A DNA stretch of 64,000 bases from an uncultured Vampirovibrio sp. Lineage in GTDB: Bacteria; Cyanobacteriota; Vampirovibrionia; Gastranaerophilales; Gastranaerophilaceae. The notes under the pieces were generated by a model. That model made no database searches, was not told where the DNA came from, and saw nothing but the letters and a program-made list of their open reading frames with translations. The stretch spans positions 79,946 to 143,945 of the forward strand of contig CAJTLG010000006.1 in the NCBI GenBank assembly GCA_910577395.1. The letters are read 5' to 3'. Below, in pieces: positions 1 to 6,893 of the stretch (its first letter is position 1; each line of letters opens with the position of its first letter). Both the position numbers and the translations under genes were made by a program.

Positions 1-540
1 ACAAACTATAAAACAGAAAACGGTAAATTGAAAATCCAAAAAACTAAAAACGACCTAAAGACAACAATAGAAAATACGGTTGAAAATTTGAAGTTTATAA
101 TCTCTCAAAAGAACCAGTCCATAAATGTATCTTATGAAAATATTGATTCTACAACAGCCTATTATGACGATATAGAAATTAAAAGAGTGCTCTCAAACCT
201 TATAGTGAATGCTTCAGAATATAGTTTTGATAATTCCGTAATTAAAATTATAGTTACAAAGGAAAACAACAATTTTAAAATAACAGTATCGGATACAGGG
301 CTTGGAATTCAGCCAAATGATATAAATACATTGTTTCAAAAATATTCTACAAACTCTAAAGACTACAGAAAGGTGGGTACAGGTCTTGGACTTTATATTT
401 GCCGCGCCATTGTAAACGCCCATGGCGGCACAATAGAGGCCAACCGTCCAAAAGACGGCGGTACAAGCTTTAGCTTTACACTAAGTACACAAACCCCGGT
501 CCAAAGCCCAAGTAAAGCCAAAAATACTAATAAAGCTTGA
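1..540 (+). CDS. sensor histidine kinase, C-terminal catalytic (HATPase_c) part; 5' end outside the window
   Basis: Frame 1 is open from nt 1; the listed ORF only starts at an internal TTG at 28. ATP-lid motifs are present: N box 'LSNLIVNASEY', G1 'VSDTGLGI', G2 'GTGLGLYICRAIVNAHGG'. Confidence 0.85.
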   Translation, partial: TNYKTENGKLKIQKTKNDLKTTIENTVENLKFIISQKNQSINVSYENIDSTTAYYDDIEIKRVLSNLIVNASEYSFDNSVIKIIVTKENNNFKITVSDTGLGIQPNDINTLFQKYSTNSKDYRKVGTGLGLYICRAIVNAHGGTIEANRPKDGGTSFSFTLSTQTPVQSPSKAKNTNKA

Positions 541-1222
541 TAATCTGCTGTATTGCGTTTTCTGCCGTTTCGTACATTTTAAAAAGCTCATCTTTTGTAA
601 ACGCATTACCTTCAGCAGTTGCCTGAAATTCTATTATTTTACCGCTTTGGGTCATCACAATGTTTGCATCCACATCAGTTGAAGAATCTTCTTCATAACA
701 TAAATCCGCAAGCACAGTACCGTTTTTAATACCGACAGAAATAGCTGCAATTGGTTCAATTATAGGATTTTCCTTTAATTCACCTGCTTTTAAAAGCTTT
801 TCAACAAGTTCCTTTAAAGCAACGTATGCTCCGCAAATAGAGGCCACTCTGGTGCCGCCGTCCGCCTGTATGACATCGGCATCAATTGTAATTGTTCTTT
901 CACCAAGTTTTTCAAGATTAACACAAGCCCTTATACTGCGGCCTATCAGCCTTTGAATTTCCTGCGTGCGCCCTGAAAGCTTTGTCCTTTCTCTTTGGCA
1001 TCTGACATTTGTAGAACTTGGCAATAATGAATACTCGGCACTTATCCAACCTGAAGCTTCATCCTTTGGCATCCATTTTGGTTTAACATTTTCTACACTT
1101 GCACATACTATTACTTTTGTATCCCCAAACTCTACAAGGACAGAACCCATAGCATGTTTTGTAAACCCTTTTGTAAATTTCACCCGTCTAATCTGGTTGT
1201 TTTCTCTTCCATCGTTGCGCAT
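527..1222 (-). CDS. rph: ribonuclease PH
   Basis: 231 aa. 'MRNDGRENNQIRRV', 'GSVLVEFGDTKVI', 'SGRTQEIQRLIGRS' and 'DADVIQADGGTR' match the RNase PH family end to end. Overlaps the kinase 3' end by 14 nt, convergently. Confidence 0.93.
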   Translation of the reverse strand: MRNDGRENNQIRRVKFTKGFTKHAMGSVLVEFGDTKVIVCASVENVKPKWMPKDEASGWISAEYSLLPSSTNVRCQRERTKLSGRTQEIQRLIGRSIRACVNLEKLGERTITIDADVIQADGGTRVASICGAYVALKELVEKLLKAGELKENPIIEPIAAISVGIKNGTVLADLCYEEDSSTDVDANIVMTQSGKIIEFQATAEGNAFTKDELFKMYETAENAIQQIIKLY

Positions 1223-1454
1223 AAATCAAACCTTTGCCCATTCAATACAAGGGCGTTTTAAACCTTTGTCATTATAGCATAAAAGTATTATTTTCAAGTT
1301 ATTTTTAATTTTAAAAAATTGTAGTTTGCGGCAATTTAAAAGGGAAAACAATTTTATATAATAATTTTATAAATCCTCAACTCTTCTGATTGCTTTTGCC
1401 CTTCCTAATAAGCCCCTGTTTTCAGGGACATATCAGGAAGGGTTATTTTAAAGA

Positions 1455-2060
1455 TTACTTGCAGTCTGTTTTTGGACATTCAACCGACGGTCTTTTAGAA
1501 TAGTTATGATGATACCCGGGGCGGCCGAACATTTCGGGACCTTGCGGCATTCTGTGTTCCCTAAAATGTTTTCTGCCTTCTTCTTTAATTTGGGCATATT
1601 TTACCTTTTGTTCGGGTGTTAAAATAGCCTTAAATTCTTTTTCGTTATCTTGTCTGATTTGGCGAATATCCTGGTCGATACTTCTAAGTTCTGTTTTTAA
1701 TACATCAACCCTTTTATCCTGTTCTTTTATTGTTAAATTATCATTATCCATAACGGCTCTGATTTCATCAAGCTTTACCTTTTTTTTATCCATTAAAGGT
1801 TTCATTTTATCATGCCCGCTCATCCTTATTTCTCTTGCCTTTGCAACCTGTTCATCAGAAAGCCCGAGCGCTTTATTGAATTCTTCCGCCCTTTTTTGCA
1901 TTTCAGCCTTTATTTCATCAGGACAGGGTTTTTGGTTTTTTTCATAGCACGGCTGCGCTTTATTTGGGGCCTCAACCTTGCATGGTGCAGCATCTGCTGA
2001 ACACAATCCGCCAAATACAACTGTTGCAGCAAGTGCCATAGTTAAAAATTCTTTTTTCAT
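1455..2060 (-). CDS. periplasmic Spy/CpxP-like (LTxxQ motif) protein
   Basis: I place the start at ATG 2060 (SD 'AAAGGA' 7 nt upstream) rather than 2117. Signal peptide 'MKKEFLTMALAATVVFGGLCSADA|AP'. Charged helical body with 'LTPEQ' (LTxxQ). Lies directly downstream of an ECF sigma gene. Confidence 0.6.
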   Translation of the reverse strand: MKKEFLTMALAATVVFGGLCSADAAPCKVEAPNKAQPCYEKNQKPCPDEIKAEMQKRAEEFNKALGLSDEQVAKAREIRMSGHDKMKPLMDKKKVKLDEIRAVMDNDNLTIKEQDKRVDVLKTELRSIDQDIRQIRQDNEKEFKAILTPEQKVKYAQIKEEGRKHFREHRMPQGPEMFGRPGYHHNYSKRPSVECPKTDCK

Positions 2061-2083
2061 TAAATAATCCTTTCTAATTTTAA

Positions 2084-2584
2084 TTATTCTTCTATTAAAT
2101 CCTGTAATTTTTGACAAAGTTCTTTTTTAGCATTATAAATTCTGGACTTTACCGTCCCGACAGGGCAACTCAGCCTGCGCGCAATATCTTCATAGGTAAA
2201 ATTATAAATTTCTGACATAACAATCACTTCTTTATGCTTTTTATTGAGCGAATTAATCGCCTCTGTTATTCTTACCTGTCTTTCTTTTTGAAGCAATGCC
2301 CCTTCCGGCCCCTTTTTCTTATCCCTCATATTCACCACCACGGTATCATCCTCCGGGGGTGCTTCATATCTATAGCGCGCACTTTTAAGATAATCCCTTG
2401 AAATGTTATAAGTAATTGCTGCAAGCCAGCTTGAAAGTTTACCTCTTTCAGTGTATTTGTCCTTGTTTTTAAAGGCTTTCATATACACTTCCTGTTCAAG
2501 GTCCTCATTATCTTCTTTTGTGACAAGCTTTATTATATTTTTAACCTTTTGCCTGTCTTTATTAAATATTTCCCTAAAATCCAT
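2084..2584 (-). CDS. ECF-type RNA polymerase sigma factor (sigma-70 family, group 4)
   Basis: 166 aa. Region 2 'DLEQEVYMKAF...WLAAITYNISRDYL' and region 4 'YEDIARRLSCPVGTVKSRIYNAKKEL'. Confidence 0.9.
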   Translation of the reverse strand: MDFREIFNKDRQKVKNIIKLVTKEDNEDLEQEVYMKAFKNKDKYTERGKLSSWLAAITYNISRDYLKSARYRYEAPPEDDTVVVNMRDKKKGPEGALLQKERQVRITEAINSLNKKHKEVIVMSEIYNFTYEDIARRLSCPVGTVKSRIYNAKKELCQKLQDLIEE

Positions 2585-2625
2585 TTAAAAATTTCCGTCT
2601 TATCCTGATAAAAAGGCTCTTTGAA

Positions 2626-3018
2626 TTATTGCCCGAAATCCACCGCTATAAGCCCGTAATCATCAACAGGCAAGCCCATTTGCTCATAGCTGTAATCTAC
2701 CCCGTAGGCACCGTCTGAAATAACCGCAATAGTTTCATTTACAAAAGATTCAGGGGTGGTAATTTGCACTGCAAAGAATGCAAGAAATATCATCAGAAAC
2801 GATGCCGCTATTGACAAAATGGCGGTTTTAAGCCTCTTTTGCCTTTGTCTGTATGAAAAAGAAACCTCTTTTATAAGGCCGGAAACTTTTTTCATCTTTT
2901 CATGTTCTGCCGCACAATCCGGGCATATTTTAATATGCTCCAAAAGTGCATTTTTATCAGATGAAATAAAAAGTTCTTCGTATTTCGTGCATTTTTTATC
3001 CATTTTTTGTCCTAGCAT
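2626..3018 (-). CDS. putative zf-HC2 anti-sigma factor, single-pass membrane protein
   Basis: 'EHIKICPDC' fits H-x3-C-x2-C. One TM segment 'AILSIAASFLMIFLAFFAV'. Lies immediately upstream of the ECF sigma gene on the same strand. Confidence 0.65.
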   Translation of the reverse strand: MLGQKMDKKCTKYEELFISSDKNALLEHIKICPDCAAEHEKMKKVSGLIKEVSFSYRQRQKRLKTAILSIAASFLMIFLAFFAVQITTPESFVNETIAVISDGAYGVDYSYEQMGLPVDDYGLIAVDFGQ

Positions 3019-3264
3019 TTTGTTCCTTACATAAATTATAACGATTTAGAATTCGGATTGTTCATTTTTAACGGTTTTTTGATAACATATTAATAATAAA
3101 ACCGCTATAGAGTGCCAAGGTTCAAGGATTTTGGCAGATTGGCAAAAATTCAAATCGTCAGGGTAAACCATACTTTAATGGTAAATTTTCTAAGGCATTT
3201 AGCCTGCGAATTCCGTTTGAACAGTGCCTATACTGTTAAATCAAAAGATTACCCCATAAATAAT

Positions 3265-3434
3265 GGCACAGTGCAAGGGCCACAGCCGATGCTGACAACT
3301 GCTACCCGGCCTGGATATGGGCAGGCACACCCACAAGCGGCAAGTACCATACCATGGTGTTAAACAGCGGCAGCTTTTATGAGCACTCGAACTCTCCGTA
3401 TCCCGCTACTCTTGCCTTTTCGGTGCGCTGTGCC
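3265..3434 (+). ncRNA. candidate structured RNA of unassigned family (GC-rich island in an AT-rich 525-bp intergenic region)
   Basis: A 10-bp closing helix, 3265-3274 'ggcacagtgc' with 3425-3434 'gcgctgtgcc', includes one G-U pair that only works on the + strand. Nested helices: 3277-3281/3308-3312, 3283-3286/3291-3294, 3318-3321/3330-3333, 3339-3344/3411-3416, 3345-3350/3354-3359, 3366-3370/3403-3407. No convincing CDS covers it. Confidence 0.35.
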
Positions 3435-3542
3435 ACGTGGTTTTGGAGACAAATCTGATTAATCCAATCAGACTGATAATTTGTAAATTCTTGTAACAAT
3501 ATTACATATTTACGAAGTTGTTTATCTAATAAAGGAAAAATT

Positions 3543-4157
3543 ATGAGTGAATTTTCAAATGTACGGCTGAACACATTCAATGAATGGTATGGAACAAATA
3601 TCCAACCTGCAATAACCCAACAAAATAATGCTAGCTCCACAAGTATTTTTAGTGAAAATACTATAGATAACAAAGAAACAAAAAATGGCGATACTATAAC
3701 AATTACAGGCAAAGAAATAAGCAAGGAAAAGGCAATTATAGGTGGGTTTGCAATTGTTACCACGGTAATTGGGGCCACTATTTTAATATTTAAAGGCAAA
3801 GGAAAAATGCTGCAAAATGCATCTACACCAAAATTAAATACAAACCAAGGAATTAAAGATGCAGCTAAAATAGCAGAAACAGCAGCCAAAGAAACATCTG
3901 AAGAAACTCTAAAAGATATTGCAACAATTTTTCTAAATCCAGAAGAAATTGACAAATTGATAAACTGGAATACACTTGACCCAAAAATAACTAAAATACT
4001 CCAAGGCGATTTTAAAAACTACCTTGTCAAAACCCCAAAAACCAGGGGCACGATTGAAACTATAGTAAAAAATTTACAAAACATAAGTAAAGAATTACAC
4101 CAGCAGAACTTGAAAAAATTACAAAAAAACATGATGATGGCAACAATCCGGGATTAA
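3543..4157 (+). CDS. hypothetical bitopic membrane protein; 3' end probably continues in the -1 frame to 4246
   Basis: SD-like 'AAAGGAAAAA' lies before ATG 3543. One TM segment 'IIGGFAIVTTVIGATILIF' is followed by 'KGKGK'. No family recognised. See the frameshift finding. Confidence 0.55.
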   Translation: MSEFSNVRLNTFNEWYGTNIQPAITQQNNASSTSIFSENTIDNKETKNGDTITITGKEISKEKAIIGGFAIVTTVIGATILIFKGKGKMLQNASTPKLNTNQGIKDAAKIAETAAKETSEETLKDIATIFLNPEEIDKLINWNTLDPKITKILQGDFKNYLVKTPKTRGTIETIVKNLQNISKELHQQNLKKLQKNMMMATIRD

Positions 4158-4285
4158 AATATCTTGTTGATTATCTTCAAGAAACAATGGGTAGGCCTAA
4201 AGATGTAAAAATGATAATTGATTATTTGCACAAAATTGGCTCGTAGTTGAAAATAAAATCTTTATTAGATAATATAAAAAAATGA

Positions 4286-4318
4286 AGTGCTCTTAAATAA
4301 AAACTAGGAGCACTTTTT
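4286..4318 (+). terminator. rho-independent terminator
   Basis: Stem 'agtgctc' (4286-4292) pairs with 'gagcact' (4308-4314), followed by TTTT (4315-4318). Confidence 0.6.
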
Positions 4319-4381
4319 ATCATCCCCAATCTGTTTTCATGCTATACTTACCCTGTAATCCACCAAAATAGAGGCTGTGCA

Positions 4382-6346
4382 ATGCTTGATATCACAAAAT
4401 ATATTAAAATGGAACTTTCGGGACAGGAATTTTGCGGAGAAAATTTTCACACAAATCCCGATATAGACAAGCTTTCAACTGAAGAAAAAAAAGAAATAAT
4501 ATCAAAAATAAAACCGCACCTTACCCCGGAAGCCATTGTACTGGCGCAGGTTGACCCGATTGTAGGGGATATAGAATATAATTTTAACAAGGCAAAAAAA
4601 TATATAGAGTGGGCAAATGAATTAAAAGTAGGTGCAATCGCCTTTCCGGAGCTGTTTTTATTCGGCTATCCGGTTTTTGATATTATTGACCGCTACCCAA
4701 AATTAGTTGAAAAAAATATTGAATACCTTGAAAAACTTGCAAAATGTACCGGTAAAACCAAGGTCCTGATTGGCTTTTGCGAATTTAACAGATTTTACAT
4801 AGGAAAAAGATATTTTAACTCGGTTGCGGTTTTATCAAACAAAAAAATTGAAACCATAATCAGAAAGACGCTTTTGCCCGTCTACAGCGAGTTTAACGAT
4901 GCCAGATATTTTCAATCTGCAGAATTTGATTCAAAAGAAAGAATTATTGAAATCGGCAAAATGCGCGCAGGCATTGTGATTTGCGAGGAAAACTGGGCAG
5001 ATAAAGACTTCTTTGACCACCCCGTATATAGTTTTGACCCTGTCGATAAAATCATAAAAGAGCAAAACCCTGATATAATCATTAATTGCAGCTCTTCGCC
5101 CACGCGTGCCAAAAAAGAACAGCTGCTGCATAACATGCTTTCTTTTGTAAGTAAAAAGTATGAAACCCCTATCGCGTACGTGAACCAAACTGGTGCTGTT
5201 GACAACATCACCTTTCAGGGCGCAAGCCGCCTGTACAGTGCAAAAGGGGAGATTATGGCCCGTGCAAAGTCTTTTGAGGAGCAGTTTTTCATAGTACAGC
5301 CAAATCCAAAACCCTCTTGCAGCAAGGATATCAACTGTATTTACACCCTTCCGCAGGGTCTTGAAAAAACCTTAAACTCCCAAAAGGCCTTCAGTCTTGA
5401 TTATGAGCCGGACCTTGAGCGTACATACCTCACCATCACTAGCTCTATAAGGGATTACTTTCATAAAAACGGCTTTAAAAGGGCTGTTTTGGGCGTTTCA
5501 GGGGGCTTAGATTCAAGCGTATCGTGTGTTTTACTGGCAGATGCCCTTAAATCGGAAAACGTTTTTGCAGTTTCTATGCCATCCTCCATCACAAGTGAAC
5601 AGTCAAAATCTGACGCACAAGAATTGTGTGCCAATTTAGGCGTTAATTTCACCGAAATCCCGATTTTTGATATGTTCAAAGCCGCGCGGAGCACGTTTGA
5701 CGGGGTATTTGAAAAAGTTGAAACCCGCTGGCAGGATAGGTTTAAGGCGTCTTTAACAAATGATAATATTCAAGCAAGAAGCCGTGCAATGATACTGTGG
5801 GGAATTTCAAACGAGTTCCCAAATACAATGCCCATCGCAACTTCAGACAAATCAGAGCTATATATGGGTTATGCCACAATTAACGGAGATATGTCAGGCG
5901 GTTTTGCGCCAATAGCAGATGTCACAAAAACAAAGCTTTTTGCCCTTGCACGTTGGCTAAACAAAAACAGATTACAGCGAAATGCAATCCCTGAGGCTGT
6001 TTTAATTAAGCCGCCCGGCGCAGAGCTTGCCATAGACCCAAAAACCGGCAAACCCCTGCTTGCAGAAGATGCCCTAATGCCTTATGAATTCCTGGATGAG
6101 GTCATCTGGAGGCTTGAAAACCTGCACCAGAGCAAGGAAGAGATGCTATGCGAAACATTTTTATATGAAGAAAAAAATAATATATCAAAAGCCACTAAAA
6201 TTGCGTGGTTAGACAAATTTTTCCGCCGCATGCAAACTGCTCTCTTTAAATGGTCTATAATGCCCCCGGCACCTATTGTTGATGCCCGCTCAATCAATAA
6301 AACCGAATATAATCAACCAATAACATCAAAATTAAAATTTTATTAA
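4382..6346 (+). CDS. nadE: glutamine-dependent NAD+ synthetase (N-terminal CN-hydrolase domain plus NAD synthetase domain)
   Basis: 654 aa. Nitrilase-type N-terminal half ('AFPELFLFGYP', 'GIVICEENW'). C-terminal PP-loop 'VLGVSGGLDSSV', then 'ELYMGYATINGDMSGGFAPIADV'. Confidence 0.9.
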   Translation: MLDITKYIKMELSGQEFCGENFHTNPDIDKLSTEEKKEIISKIKPHLTPEAIVLAQVDPIVGDIEYNFNKAKKYIEWANELKVGAIAFPELFLFGYPVFDIIDRYPKLVEKNIEYLEKLAKCTGKTKVLIGFCEFNRFYIGKRYFNSVAVLSNKKIETIIRKTLLPVYSEFNDARYFQSAEFDSKERIIEIGKMRAGIVICEENWADKDFFDHPVYSFDPVDKIIKEQNPDIIINCSSSPTRAKKEQLLHNMLSFVSKKYETPIAYVNQTGAVDNITFQGASRLYSAKGEIMARAKSFEEQFFIVQPNPKPSCSKDINCIYTLPQGLEKTLNSQKAFSLDYEPDLERTYLTITSSIRDYFHKNGFKRAVLGVSGGLDSSVSCVLLADALKSENVFAVSMPSSITSEQSKSDAQELCANLGVNFTEIPIFDMFKAARSTFDGVFEKVETRWQDRFKASLTNDNIQARSRAMILWGISNEFPNTMPIATSDKSELYMGYATINGDMSGGFAPIADVTKTKLFALARWLNKNRLQRNAIPEAVLIKPPGAELAIDPKTGKPLLAEDALMPYEFLDEVIWRLENLHQSKEEMLCETFLYEEKNNISKATKIAWLDKFFRRMQTALFKWSIMPPAPIVDARSINKTEYNQPITSKLKFY

Positions 6347-6378
6347 GGATAAACAACATTTTACACGGGAAAACCTTG

Positions 6379-6735
6379 TTATGACTGCCTTACAGCCTGA
6401 CAAAATTTAAACAGCATTCGTGCAAGCATATCATTTTGGCGCACTTCATTAATTACAGAAATTTTAATTTCTTCAATGGATTTTTGGCCGTTATCAAACA
6501 TAAATAGTTCATAAATCTCTATATTCAATGCCAGTGCAATTTTTGCAAGATTATCGGGGGAGGGGTAATTTTTACCTATTTCGATTTTTGAAACATTATT
6601 CGGCTCAATATCAATCAACTCTGCAAGCTTTTCCTGGGTCATCTTCCTAAACTTGCGAAGTTCTTTTATCCTTGAACCGAGTAGTTTTTTTACGTCAATG
6701 GGTGCAGTCATTATAAGTGCCCTTTTCGCTGTCAT
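6379..6735 (-). CDS. XRE-family helix-turn-helix transcriptional regulator
   Basis: 'LRKFRKMTQEKLAELIDIEPNNVSKIEIGKNYPSPDNLAKIALALNIEIYELF' is a classic Cro/C1-type HTH. Divergent from the glycine-rich prepilin gene. Start may be an internal Met. Confidence 0.85.
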   Translation of the reverse strand: MTAKRALIMTAPIDVKKLLGSRIKELRKFRKMTQEKLAELIDIEPNNVSKIEIGKNYPSPDNLAKIALALNIEIYELFMFDNGQKSIEEIKISVINEVRQNDMLARMLFKFCQAVRQS

Positions 6736-6793
6736 TATTATATATTAGCGATTTTACCCGAAATGAAACATATTTTTATAGAATATATTTTAT

Positions 6794-6822
6794 TTGACAA
6801 TTCTACCCAATAAATATAAAAT
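6794..6822 (+). promoter_or_regulatory. sigma-70-type promoter for the glycine-rich prepilin gene
   Basis: TTGACA (6794-6799), 17-nt spacer, TAAAAT (6817-6822), about 70 nt upstream of ATG 6894. Confidence 0.55.
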
Positions 6823-6893
6823 ACAATTAGTTGCATCTAATTTCTTATAGAAAAGTTGTTGTATTAAATAGAATTTTAGGGAAATTGTTTATT

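Noticed and set aside
3112-3363. 83-aa + strand ORF in the 3018-3543 gap.
   Set aside because: It has no SD sequence and atypical composition, and it runs straight through the stems of the GC-rich structured region. It is better explained as non-coding.
3265-3434. Attempted assignment of the structured region to RNase P RNA, tmRNA, cobalamin riboswitch, glycine riboswitch, SRP RNA or 6S RNA.
   Set aside because: The signature elements are absent or mis-ordered. There are no GAGGAAAGUCC or ACAGAA-type P4 strands; no G3-U70 acceptor with an adjacent T-arm or an Ala-Ala-stop tag; no B12 box; only a partial 'caccgaaaaggcaa' on the opposite strand with no matching GGAGAG upstream; no GGAA/AGCA SRP loop; and the structure is branched rather than rod-like.
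3377-3955. 192-aa minus-strand ORF.
   Set aside because: It is antisense to the better-supported 3543-4157 gene (which has an SD sequence and a TM-plus-Lys topology), and it is a hydrophobic low-complexity translation typical of the antisense frame of AT-rich genes.
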